64,000 bases of DNA. Origin: an uncultured Gemmatimonadales bacterium (lineage in GTDB: Bacteria > Gemmatimonadota > Gemmatimonadetes > Gemmatimonadales > GWC2-71-9). Below the pieces are notes generated by a model. It did no database searches and was not told the DNA's origin. It saw only the letters and a list, made by a program, of their open reading frames with translations. This document shows positions 1 through 9,278 of the stretch, piece by piece. The translations under genes were made by a program, and so were the position numbers. Numbering within the stretch: position 1 is the first letter of the stretch; each line of letters starts with the position of its first letter. The stretch covers positions 160,001-224,000 of the forward strand of contig CAVSQW010000007.1 in the NCBI GenBank assembly GCA_963730185.1, given 5' to 3'.

Positions 1-3000
1 GTCCGGGGCACGGTAACCATCGGCCGGCTGGAAGGGAATTTCATCTCCCGGCTCACGCTCGACTCGGTGGTGGTGCGCGATACGGCCGGGCAGCTGGTGG
101 CCGACTTCCCCCGGCTCGAGCTGCACTTCTCCCTCCCGCTGCTTCTGGCCCGGCAGATCGTCCTCAGCGACGTCAGAGCCATCGATCCGCGGGTCGAGGT
201 GGTAAAGCACCGCAGCGGCCGGATGAACTACGAGGAGGTGCTCCGGTTGGGCGAAGGGCCGAACAACGGCGGGCCGGGCACCCTGATCGAACTTCGCAAT
301 CTGGAAATCGTCAACGGGCGAATGGAGATCAGCACGCCCTGGAATCCCGATGGTCGGTTGCGCACGGCGGCCCAGATCGACTCGGCCCTGGCCGCCGAGC
401 GGGCCAAGCCGGGCCGGCGGATCGAGCCGGGCGCCCGGAGCTCGGACAGCCTGCTCCAGGTCCGGGTGATCGACCAGCTGGCCGCCCGATTCGCGACCAT
501 GCGGCTCTCGACGCCCGATCACCAGCCCTTCGCCACCACGATCGACACCCTGGCGGCCCGGATCAGCGATCCGGAGCTCCGGATCCGCGATCTGTCCGCG
601 TCGCTCACCCAGGGAGCCGACAGCTTGCTTTTCGAGGTGAAGCGGGGGGCCTTTCCCAACACGGTGGTGAGCGGGGCCGGCCGGATCGATTGGCCCCGCG
701 ACACCGTGCTCTACGACTTCTCGCTCGACGCCCCGCGCCTCGATCTGGTGGACCTCCGTTGGATCTCACCGAACTTCCCGGCGCTGTCTGGCCGAGGCCA
801 AGTGCGGGCCAGGTCGGTGGCGGGGAGCCGGGCCGAGTTCGACGTTCGGGATCTGCACTTGGCGGATCGAACCTCGCGGGTCGACGGCCGGCTGACCTCG
901 ATCGTCGACGTGTACCGAGGCCTGGGCTTCCGGGGCCTCGATCTGAATCTCACCAACTTCGATCTGGAGAATGTCCGGCCCTTTCTCGACAGCTTGCCGC
1001 TGGCCGGCCGACTGACCGGACCGCTCACGGCCACGGGGTTCTTCGACGCCATGGACGTGACCTTCGACTGGCGCTTCGCGGACGCTCGGATCGAGGGGGA
1101 GCCCGAGAGCCAGGTCGCCCTCGAAGGGCGGGTGGAGCTGGGGGGCACCCAGGGCATCGTCTTCCAACAGGCGCGGCTTCCCCATGCCGATCTCGATCTT
1201 CGGACGGTCAAGCTGATCGCGCCGTCGGTCCAGTTGGACGGGCGGCTCCAGCTCGCCGGCTCGCTGGACGGCCCCTGGCACGACGTAACTTTCGACGGCA
1301 CCGCCCGCCACCAGGACGGCAGCCGCCCGGCGAGCCAGGTCCGGGGGCGGGCTCGGCTCGACACCGGGGGGCCGGTCTTCGCTGTGGACGCCAATCTGGT
1401 GCTCGACAGCCTCGCCTTCGACGGTATTCGCGGCACCTTCCCGTCGCTCACGGCGGACGGCGGGCTCCAGGGCCCGGTCCGGCTCCGGGGCAGCCTGGAC
1501 CGGATGGCGGTGGAGGCCGATGTGCGCGGTGCGATCGGTCGCTATCAGGTCACGGGGTGGGCCACGCTCCAACCGCCTCGCTGGGGGGCCGACTCCCTGA
1601 CCGTGAAATTCGCGAACGCCGATCTGGCCCGGCTCGCGCCCGGCGGAGTGGCCACCCGGCTCAACGGGACGCTCGATCTGTCCGGCGGGGTCGATTCGGC
1701 GGTGGCGCCCAGCGGGCGAGCCCGGCTCGATCTGGTCCGCTCCCGGATCCGTGAGGTGACGATCGACTCGGCCCGGATCAGCCTCGCGGTCCAGGACAGC
1801 GTGGTGACCGTCGACTCCTCCACCGCCTGGTGGGAAGGGGGCGAGGCCACGGCGGCCGGCACGCTGGGCTGGGCCGCCCCCCACCAGGGGACGCTCGCAG
1901 GCGACCTGGTGGCCCTGACCCTGGCACCGTTCGATTCGTTGGCGGTGGCGTTGGGCGGCGTGTCGCGGGAAGACCTGGCCGACGTGGGCGTGCTCGCCGG
2001 GCGGGGCCGGGGACACTACGCCCTGGACGGCTCGCTCGACGCCTGGCATCTCACGGCCACCGCCCGGGCCGACTCGGTCCGGTGGCTCGACTATCAGGCC
2101 CGGGGCGGCCGGATCGCGATCGACTGGCGGGGCGGGCGGCTCGACAGCACCCGTTTTGTCGTGAACGCGACGCTCGACACCACCAGCCTGGGGCAGTACG
2201 AGATCGCGGAGGTCGACGGGACGGTGACCGGCACGCCCTCGACGTTCGTGTGGCACGGGTCGGCGACGACCCGGGGCGCCACCCGGTTTCGTGCCGGGGG
2301 TTCGTCGCGACTGCGCGATGGGGAGCGGGTCGTCGAGGTCGATTCCCTCGCGGCCCGGGTGCTCGATCGCGACTGGCGGCTGGTGAGCCCGGTCCTGGTC
2401 CGAATCGTGGACTCGCTCACCACCTTCGATACGGTGCGGGTCGCGACCGCCGATGGCTCGGGCCTGGTCCGGGTCACCGGCGACTTCCCCGGTCGGGCCC
2501 CCGGGTCGCTCGGGCTCCACGCGATCGGGATCGGCCTCCGGGATCTCTACGCCCTGCTTCAGCGCGATACCGCCGGCGTGGCCGGTGATCTCGCACTGGA
2601 CCTCCGGCTGGCCGGTACCCGACAGGCGCCGACCTTCCGGGGCAGCGGGTCGCTCACCGGTCCGGTGCTGGGTGACTTTCGGGCGCCGTTGATCCGGGGG
2701 GTGTTCAACTACGAGGACCGGAGCCTCGAGAGCAATCTGACGCTCTGGCGGACCGGCCGCCCAGTGCTCGACGTCGACGTGGACCTCCCCCTCGATCTGG
2801 CCCTCACCTCGGTGAACCAGCGGCAGTTGCCGGGCACTCTCGTGGTTCGAGGGCACGCCGACAGCGTCGACTTGGCCGTGGTCGAGGCCTTTACCGACAA
2901 CTTGCGGCGGGTGCGGGGCGCGATCACCGCCGACGTTCAGGTCACCGGCACCTGGGACCGACCGGAGCTGGGCGGCGCCATCCAGATTCGCGGTGGGGCC

Positions 3001-4284
3001 GCCCGGGTCCCGGGCCTCGGCGTGGACTACGATCGCCTGAACGGAAACGTTCGACTGGCCGCGGATTCGATCGTGGCGGACTCGGTGACCGTCTACAGCG
3101 GCGACGAGGGGCACCTGATCGCGACCGGTGGGATCCGGCTGGAGCGGCTCACCCGGCCGGTGCTCGATCTGACCATCACGGTAGTCGACTTCCTCTTGAT
3201 GAACGCGCGGGACTACCTCACGCTCCGAGCCCGGGGCCAGGTCACCCTCACCGGCCCGGTCACCCGCCCGGTGTTGGCTGGTCAGGCCGTGGCGAACAAC
3301 AGCGTGCTGTACTTCTCGGACCTGATTACCAAGGACATCATCAACCTCGAGGACCCGCTCACCGCCGATCTGGTGGATACGACGGTGCTCCGGGCCCAGA
3401 ACCTCGGCGCCCAGTTCCAGAGCCGGTTTCTGGACTCGCTGGCGATTCGCGACCTGCAGTTCCGAGCCGGCGAAGGCGTGTGGCTTCGGTCCAACGAGGC
3501 CAACGTCCAGCTGGAGGGGCAGGTGACCGTCAACAAAGACCGGCGGAGCGGTCGGGGGCGCGAGTACCGCGTCAGCGGCGAGCTCCAGACGCCGCGCGGC
3601 ACCTATACGCTCCAACTCGGGATCGCCAAGCGCACCTTCACGGTCAACCGGGGTACGCTCCGCTATTTCAACACCTCGGACCTCAACGCGGCGCTGGATC
3701 TGGAGGCAGGGTACACGGTCCAGACGACATCCGACGAGATTCCGATCGTGGCCCGCATTACCGGTACCATGCTGGCCCCCAAGCTCGCCCTCAGTACGGC
3801 CGACACCCGGCTCCCGCTTTCCGAGCGCGAGTTGGTGTCGCTCTTGGCGTTTGGCACCACCAACACCCTGCCCGGCGGGGCCAACTGGGCCTTCCTGGGC
3901 TCTACCGTGCTGGTGGCCGAACTGCAGCGGGCGTTGATCTCGAGTCCCAACGCCCCGTTCGACCTGGTGGAGATCCGGCCGCCCGCCTTCGGACCGGGAG
4001 GGTCCGCGCTGGGTACCAGCGGGGGCGCGCTGACCTCGCTGGCGTTCGGCAAGCAGATCAGCAGCCGCCTCTTCGCCACCGTCAACGCCGGTGCCTGCGT
4101 CGGCGGCACGGAAGCGTTCTCCTATCGGTATCTTGGGGCAACGATCGAATACCGCTTGCATCCGACCCTCCGGCTCACGCTGGCCGCGGAGCCCCTGCAG
4201 ACTTGTCTCTCGCAGGTCGCGACCACCTTTTCGCAGGGTCGATACCAGTTCGCCGCGGACCTCCGTTGGGACCGGGACTATTGA
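1..4284 (+). CDS. TamB/AsmA-like translocation and assembly module protein (5' end truncated by window)
   Basis: Frame is open from base 1. >1400 aa of beta-rich repeats with a C-terminal TamB/DUF490-like region (GTY...F.V.RG.LRYF...N..LDLEA...I..RITGT...PKL.LS), ending in RWDRDY. Confidence 0.8.
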   Translation, partial: VRGTVTIGRLEGNFISRLTLDSVVVRDTAGQLVADFPRLELHFSLPLLLARQIVLSDVRAIDPRVEVVKHRSGRMNYEEVLRLGEGPNNGGPGTLIELRNLEIVNGRMEISTPWNPDGRLRTAAQIDSALAAERAKPGRRIEPGARSSDSLLQVRVIDQLAARFATMRLSTPDHQPFATTIDTLAARISDPELRIRDLSASLTQGADSLLFEVKRGAFPNTVVSGAGRIDWPRDTVLYDFSLDAPRLDLVDLRWISPNFPALSGRGQVRARSVAGSRAEFDVRDLHLADRTSRVDGRLTSIVDVYRGLGFRGLDLNLTNFDLENVRPFLDSLPLAGRLTGPLTATGFFDAMDVTFDWRFADARIEGEPESQVALEGRVELGGTQGIVFQQARLPHADLDLRTVKLIAPSVQLDGRLQLAGSLDGPWHDVTFDGTARHQDGSRPASQVRGRARLDTGGPVFAVDANLVLDSLAFDGIRGTFPSLTADGGLQGPVRLRGSLDRMAVEADVRGAIGRYQVTGWATLQPPRWGADSLTVKFANADLARLAPGGVATRLNGTLDLSGGVDSAVAPSGRARLDLVRSRIREVTIDSARISLAVQDSVVTVDSSTAWWEGGEATAAGTLGWAAPHQGTLAGDLVALTLAPFDSLAVALGGVSREDLADVGVLAGRGRGHYALDGSLDAWHLTATARADSVRWLDYQARGGRIAIDWRGGRLDSTRFVVNATLDTTSLGQYEIAEVDGTVTGTPSTFVWHGSATTRGATRFRAGGSSRLRDGERVVEVDSLAARVLDRDWRLVSPVLVRIVDSLTTFDTVRVATADGSGLVRVTGDFPGRAPGSLGLHAIGIGLRDLYALLQRDTAGVAGDLALDLRLAGTRQAPTFRGSGSLTGPVLGDFRAPLIRGVFNYEDRSLESNLTLWRTGRPVLDVDVDLPLDLALTSVNQRQLPGTLVVRGHADSVDLAVVEAFTDNLRRVRGAITADVQVTGTWDRPELGGAIQIRGGAARVPGLGVDYDRLNGNVRLAADSIVADSVTVYSGDEGHLIATGGIRLERLTRPVLDLTITVVDFLLMNARDYLTLRARGQVTLTGPVTRPVLAGQAVANNSVLYFSDLITKDIINLEDPLTADLVDTTVLRAQNLGAQFQSRFLDSLAIRDLQFRAGEGVWLRSNEANVQLEGQVTVNKDRRSGRGREYRVSGELQTPRGTYTLQLGIAKRTFTVNRGTLRYFNTSDLNAALDLEAGYTVQTTSDEIPIVARITGTMLAPKLALSTADTRLPLSERELVSLLAFGTTNTLPGGANWAFLGSTVLVAELQRALISSPNAPFDLVEIRPPAFGPGGSALGTSGGALTSLAFGKQISSRLFATVNAGACVGGTEAFSYRYLGATIEYRLHPTLRLTLAAEPLQTCLSQVATTFSQGRYQFAADLRWDRDY

Positions 4285-5187
4285 ATGGCGCGTGCCCTGC
4301 TCATCACCAATCCGATCGCTGCCCGCAACAGCCCGGAGCGGACGGCGATCGTCCGGCGGACGCTGGTAGCGCGCGGATGGCACCTCGACGTCGAGGCCAC
4401 CGCGGCCCCGGGGCACGCCCGTCGTCTGGCCGCCGACGCCGTCACGGCGGGGCTCGACGCGGTCATCGTGCTCGGGGGCGACGGCACCACCACCCAGGCG
4501 GCGAGCGCCCTGGTCGGCACCGACGTCGCGTTGGGGTTGGTGCCGGGTGGGACGGGTAACCTGCTGGCGGGCAATCTCCGGATTCCGGCGGCGCCGGTGC
4601 CGGCGGCCGAGCTGATCGCCCTGGGTCGGAGCCGCCGGATCGACCTCGGGCGGCTCGACCGGCCGAACGGACCCCACTACTTCGCGGTGGGGTGCGGGGC
4701 GGGGGCCGACGCGAGGGTCATGGGCGAAACGGCCACGCACGCCAAGCGCCGGTTCGGGATGGGTGGCTACCTCGCCACCCTCTTCCGGGTGCTGCCCGAG
4801 GTCCGGTCGACGCCGGTGAGGATCACGATCGACGACACGCTCATCGAGCGGCCGGCGGCCTTGGTGCTGGCCCTGAACTGCGCCGAGATCATGCCTCGGG
4901 TGTTGCGGGTCCGCGAGGGCGCGGTGCTCGACGACGGCCTGCTCGATCTGATCGTGATCTCGGCCGATACGCCGTGGCAAGCGGTTCGAGGGGTCTGGCG
5001 GGTGTTCCAGAACGTGGTCGTCGGCGGGGGAGAGACGGCCTATCTGGCGTACGGTCGGGGCCAGCGGATCACGATCGAGGCGCTCGATCCGTTGCCGGTT
5101 CAGTACGACGGCGAGGCCGCCGGGTCGACGCCGGCGACGATTTCGGTGGTGCCCGGCGCGCTCCGGGTGATGGCGCCGACTCCGTGA
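4285..5187 (+). CDS. Diacylglycerol/lipid kinase family protein (YegS/BmrU-like)
   Basis: NP motif, GGDGT, PGGTGN and C-terminal DGE motifs. Confidence 0.9.
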   Translation: MARALLITNPIAARNSPERTAIVRRTLVARGWHLDVEATAAPGHARRLAADAVTAGLDAVIVLGGDGTTTQAASALVGTDVALGLVPGGTGNLLAGNLRIPAAPVPAAELIALGRSRRIDLGRLDRPNGPHYFAVGCGAGADARVMGETATHAKRRFGMGGYLATLFRVLPEVRSTPVRITIDDTLIERPAALVLALNCAEIMPRVLRVREGAVLDDGLLDLIVISADTPWQAVRGVWRVFQNVVVGGGETAYLAYGRGQRITIEALDPLPVQYDGEAAGSTPATISVVPGALRVMAPTP

Positions 5188-5290
5188 TGCTCGGGGCCGG
5201 CGGTGGTGCGTTGCGCTGGTGGTGCCCGGCGACGATCCTTCGACGAAAGGATCGACGCGGGGGCTCGGCTCACGTCGACTTCCAGGGGAG

Positions 5291-6631
5291 ATGATGACCG
5301 ACTCGATCTTGCTCGTTCATGACGATGCCGGTGTGCTCCGGGCGATCGGCGCCCGTTTCGAGGAAGCTGGGCACGAGGTGATTCGGGAGCTCAGTGTGGA
5401 GGCCGGGGTGGCGTCGCTGGGACGGCTCCGTCCCGACGCCGTGCTGCTGGCGCTGCCGCTGGCCAGCACGGAATCGATTGGGCTGCTCGGCGCCGGCGAG
5501 ACGCCGGTCGTCGTCTTCGGCGATCGTCCCGAGTCGCCGGCGGCTGCGGCCTGTCTCGAGGCGGGCGCGGCCCAGGTGGTCGACACCGCCACCGACCAGG
5601 GCGTGCTCCTCCGGGCTGCCGCGGCCGTCTCCGGCGGCACCCGGTGCCGGAGGCTGGCCGGAGCGCTCCTCGAGGCCAGCGCACCGCGTCGCGGGGTCGA
5701 CGCCCTGGGCAGCTCACCCGCGATGCGGCAGCTGGCCCAGCAGATCGGCCTGCTGGCCCAGAGCGATCGCACCACGCTGCTGCTCACCGGCGAGCTTGGG
5801 GTCGGCAAGGCCTGGACCGCTCGGGTCATCCATGACCTGGGGGCCCGAACCGGCCGGCCTTATCTCGAGGTGCGGTGCACCGGCGCGAACGCCACCTACC
5901 TGGAGTCGCTGCTCTTCGGCCACGAGAAAGGGGTCTTCGTCGAGGCGACCGAGCGTCGGCGGGGCCTGGTGGAGCTCGCCAACGGCGGGACCCTCGTGCT
6001 CCGGGAGGTGGGCGACCTGCCCGAGGAGATCCAGCCCAAGCTGCTCCGGGTCCTCGAGACCCGGAGCTTCCGGCGTCTGGGCGGCGGCGACGACCTGTCG
6101 GTCGACACCCGGTTGATCGTCACCACCCGGCGCAATCTCTCCGCCGACGTCGAGGCCGGCCGGTTCCGGGAGGATCTCTTCTATCGCCTGAGCGTGATGC
6201 CGCTTGCCCTCCCGCCGCTGCGGGAGCGGACCCAGGAAGACCGACTCGGCCTGATCAACGGCATCCACGACGATTTCAAGGCCGAGATCCCCGACGGCCC
6301 GCCGTCGCTCTCGGTCGAGGCGATCGAGCGGCTCCTGGCCTATCCCTGGCCCGGCAACGTGCGGGAGATGGAGAACGTGTTGGAGCGGTCCATGTTGGTG
6401 GGGCGGGGGCAGGTGACCGTCAACGTGGAGCACCTGCCCGGCGAGTTCCGCGCCCGCACCGGCCTGGGCGACCGGCGTCACACGCCGATGACGCTCGATG
6501 CCGTCGAGCATCAACACGTCGAGCGGGCGCTCCGCTATCACGGCGGCAACCGAACCCGCGCCGCCAAGGAGCTGGGGATTTCGCGGGCGACCTTGATCAA
6601 CAAGATCAAGCTCTACCAGATCACCGATTGA
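5291..6631 (+). CDS. NtrC-like regulator (receiver-like, AAA+, Fis HTH) with degenerate motifs
   Basis: GGGGAG RBS before ATG. Motifs GELGVGK, ESLLFGHEKG, FREDLFYRL, WPGNVRE and HTH GNRTRAAKELGISRATL. Confidence 0.85.
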   Translation: MMTDSILLVHDDAGVLRAIGARFEEAGHEVIRELSVEAGVASLGRLRPDAVLLALPLASTESIGLLGAGETPVVVFGDRPESPAAAACLEAGAAQVVDTATDQGVLLRAAAAVSGGTRCRRLAGALLEASAPRRGVDALGSSPAMRQLAQQIGLLAQSDRTTLLLTGELGVGKAWTARVIHDLGARTGRPYLEVRCTGANATYLESLLFGHEKGVFVEATERRRGLVELANGGTLVLREVGDLPEEIQPKLLRVLETRSFRRLGGGDDLSVDTRLIVTTRRNLSADVEAGRFREDLFYRLSVMPLALPPLRERTQEDRLGLINGIHDDFKAEIPDGPPSLSVEAIERLLAYPWPGNVREMENVLERSMLVGRGQVTVNVEHLPGEFRARTGLGDRRHTPMTLDAVEHQHVERALRYHGGNRTRAAKELGISRATLINKIKLYQITD

Positions 6632-6641
6632 GGAGGCCGCC

Positions 6642-6833
6642 ATGGATACCCCCAAGCAGCCCGCCGCCGACGCGATGATCTGTCGCGCCTGCGGGCGCGA
6701 GGAACGGGCCTCCGAGGGCTATCCCTGCGAGGAGTGCGGGACCTTCATCTGCCTGATCTGTACCTTTCGGGGCGTGACCCTCTGCCGGGATTGTGCCAGC
6801 CGTCACGAAGGCACCCCCCCCCCGTCCGCATGA
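6642..6833 (+). CDS. Small Cys-rich putative zinc-binding protein
   Basis: GAGGAGG RBS. Four CxxC pairs in 63 aa. Stop overlaps the next ATG (ATGA). Confidence 0.75.
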   Translation: MDTPKQPAADAMICRACGREERASEGYPCEECGTFICLICTFRGVTLCRDCASRHEGTPPPSA

Positions 6834-7540
6834 CCCGGCGCCTGGTCCTGTTCGACATCGACGGTACGCTGCTTCTTTCCGGCGGGGCGGGGCGCCGGGC
6901 CATCATGGGCGCCATCGCAGACGAGATCGGGGTGTCGGCCGGGGCACTCGACCGGATCCGCTTCGACGGCAAGACCGATCCGCAGATCGTCACCGAGCTG
7001 CTGCTCGCCTCGGGCGAGCCGGAGCCGCCGGCGCCCGAGCGGATCGCCCGGGTGCTCGACCGCTATCTCCACCACCTCGAGGCCGATCTGGCCATCAATG
7101 CCCACCGAGCGGAGCTGATGCCGGGGGTACCGGCGCTGCTGGATCTGCTCGAGGGTGACACCCGAAGCGTGCTGGGTCTCCTGACCGGCAACATCTCCGG
7201 GGGTGCCGCGCTCAAGCTCCGGGCGGTGCGGCTCGAGCCGGCGCGCTTCCGGGTCGGCGCCTACGGATCGGATCACGCCGTCCGCGCCGAGCTCCCGGCC
7301 ATCGCCGCCGAGCGGGCCGCGGCCCACTTCGGGCGGCCCGTCGGCGGCCGCGAGGTGGTGATCATCGGCGACACCCCGGCCGACGTCACCTGCGGACGCG
7401 GGATCGGCGCCCGGTCCATCGCGGTGGCCACCGGGAGCTTCTCCGCGGGCGAGCTCCGAGCCGCGGGGGCCGATCTCGTCTTCGACGACTTCGCGGACGC
7501 CGCCCGCGCCTGCGCCGCCATCCTGGACGACGCCTCATGA
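6830..7540 (+). CDS. HAD-superfamily hydrolase (phosphoglycolate-phosphatase-like)
   Basis: Motif I LFDIDGTL, motif II LLTGN, motif IV IGDTPAD. Confidence 0.9.
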   Translation: MTRRLVLFDIDGTLLLSGGAGRRAIMGAIADEIGVSAGALDRIRFDGKTDPQIVTELLLASGEPEPPAPERIARVLDRYLHHLEADLAINAHRAELMPGVPALLDLLEGDTRSVLGLLTGNISGGAALKLRAVRLEPARFRVGAYGSDHAVRAELPAIAAERAAAHFGRPVGGREVVIIGDTPADVTCGRGIGARSIAVATGSFSAGELRAAGADLVFDDFADAARACAAILDDAS

Positions 7541-8124
7541 TCGAGCTCGAAGTCAAAGCGGTCGTGCCCGACCCGGATGCCCTCCGTGATCAGTTGCGGG
7601 CGGCCCGGGCCCTGCCGGGGTTCAGCGGGCTCATGGAGGACCGCCGGTTCGATCGGGACGGCGCGCTCCTGGCCCGAGACGAAGTGCTCCGGGTGCGTCG
7701 CTTCCGCACCCCCGAGGGCACCGTGCGGGCCCGGGTCAGCTGGAAGGGGCCGGTGTCGGTCGACCGGGGCTACAAGCGGCGGGCTGAGCTCGAGTACGCC
7801 GTCTCGGAGGGCGATCCGGCGGCCGTCTTCGAGGCCCTCGGCTACGACGTCACCGAAGGCATCGATCGGATGGTGGAGTACTACGAGCTGGCGGACGCGA
7901 CGCTCCGGATCGAGTGGTATCCGCGGATGGACGTGCTCCTCGAGGTCGAGGGGAGCCCCGAGGCGATCGAGACGGCGGTCGAGGCCACCGGGATTCCGCG
8001 CGCCGACTTCACCCCGGAGGCACTACCCGAATTCGTGGCCCGTTACGAGGCCAGGGTGGGCCGGCCCGCCGCCACCTCGGTGGCCGCCTTGGGCGACGAG
8101 CCACCGGCGTGGCCCGGCCGATGA
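7537..8124 (+). CDS. CYTH domain protein (class IV adenylate cyclase/triphosphate tunnel metalloenzyme)
   Basis: N-terminal ExExK (ELEVK), then LRVR, WKGP and LEVEG. Confidence 0.85.
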   Translation: MIELEVKAVVPDPDALRDQLRAARALPGFSGLMEDRRFDRDGALLARDEVLRVRRFRTPEGTVRARVSWKGPVSVDRGYKRRAELEYAVSEGDPAAVFEALGYDVTEGIDRMVEYYELADATLRIEWYPRMDVLLEVEGSPEAIETAVEATGIPRADFTPEALPEFVARYEARVGRPAATSVAALGDEPPAWPGR

Positions 8125-8834
8125 CACCCGGATCGGAGACGGCCCGGCCCGGCCTGCCCGAGTTGGGTCCCCTCCTGGGCCGTCTGACCGAGATGTCGCC
8201 TCGGGGGCCGAGCGCGGTGCCGGGGCTCGATTCCGTCCGCCTGGAGCTCGTCAGCGATCTGTTCGAGGTGGCAGCGGCAGCCCGGCGGGCCTTCGCCGCG
8301 GGCGACGAAGTCGGAGCCCGGGCTCGGTTGGACCGCGCCGCCTGGCTCGAGCTCTGGCATCGCGCCGTGACCGCCACGGCGGACCGGACCCTCGAGGCGA
8401 TCGACGCCCGGTTGGACCGGGCCGCGGCCCGGTCGGCCGCGCCGCGCCGCCGCCGCCGGTCGGTCGGTCCGGCGGACGAAGATCGGGCCGTGATTCGGGC
8501 CCGCCTCGACGCCGCCGGCATCGTGCTCGAACAGGTGCTATCCCGGCCGTTGGCCGGCCAGCGAGACTGGCCGGCGGCGATCCGGCGCGCCGCCGCCGCC
8601 CTCGAGGAGGCCTGGGACGAGTTGGAGCGCACCGCGAGCGTGCTCGGGGCGGAGTGGGACCCGGTGGTGGGCGAGTTGGAGCGGTGGCGGCCGCCGATGC
8701 TGCTCTACGCGATTCCGGCGGCGCTGCTGGTGCTCCTGGCTCTCGGTCTGGGGCTGGCCATCGGCGGCTATCTCCCGAGGCCGTCATGGCTGGACCCCGT
8801 GGCCGCCTGGTTCTGGACCCTGCCGTGGCCGTGA
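8121..8834 (+). CDS. Hypothetical helical protein with C-terminal membrane anchor
   Basis: Overlaps both neighbouring genes by 4 nt. Hydrophobic C-terminal segment. Confidence 0.65.
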   Translation: MTPGSETARPGLPELGPLLGRLTEMSPRGPSAVPGLDSVRLELVSDLFEVAAAARRAFAAGDEVGARARLDRAAWLELWHRAVTATADRTLEAIDARLDRAAARSAAPRRRRRSVGPADEDRAVIRARLDAAGIVLEQVLSRPLAGQRDWPAAIRRAAAALEEAWDELERTASVLGAEWDPVVGELERWRPPMLLYAIPAALLVLLALGLGLAIGGYLPRPSWLDPVAAWFWTLPWP

Positions 8835-9217
8835 TCGGCATCGGGGTGGACGTGGTCGACGTGGACCGCGCCGAGGCGATGCTCGCGCCGCATCGCCGGC
8901 GGGTCCTGACCCGGCTGCTCCGGGACGGCGAACGCGACTACATCTTCCGGATGCCGCACCCGGCTCGGCACCTGGCGGTCCGCCTGGCGGCCAAAGAAGC
9001 GGTGTACAAGGCCCTGCAGCCGCTCGAGGGGAGTCGTCGGATCGGGTGGCGCGATCTCGAGGTCCTCCGAGAACCCACCGGACTGCCGTCGATCCGGGTC
9101 CACGGGGTGGCGGCGGAGGTGCTGGAGGCCAACGGGGGGCCCACGATCCACCTCTCATTGACGCATTCCGACCGTTCGGCGGTGGCGATGGCGGTGGTGG
9201 AGAGCCGGGGCCCGTAG
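8831..9217 (+). CDS. acpS: Holo-[acyl-carrier-protein] synthase
   Basis: GIGVDVVD, RLAAKEAVYKA and HLSLTHS motifs. Confidence 0.92.
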   Translation: MIGIGVDVVDVDRAEAMLAPHRRRVLTRLLRDGERDYIFRMPHPARHLAVRLAAKEAVYKALQPLEGSRRIGWRDLEVLREPTGLPSIRVHGVAAEVLEANGGPTIHLSLTHSDRSAVAMAVVESRGP

Positions 9218-9278
9218 GGCTGCCCTCTGGCAATCCCTATCGTCGCGGTCTAGTTTAGATCGCGATGATCAAAATCAC

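Noticed and set aside
766..4980. Very long antisense ORFs (e.g. 766-4980, 33551-35803, 26420-28963, 56359-58803)
   Set aside because: These are shadow ORFs of high-GC codon usage opposite well-supported genes and carry no recognisable motifs.
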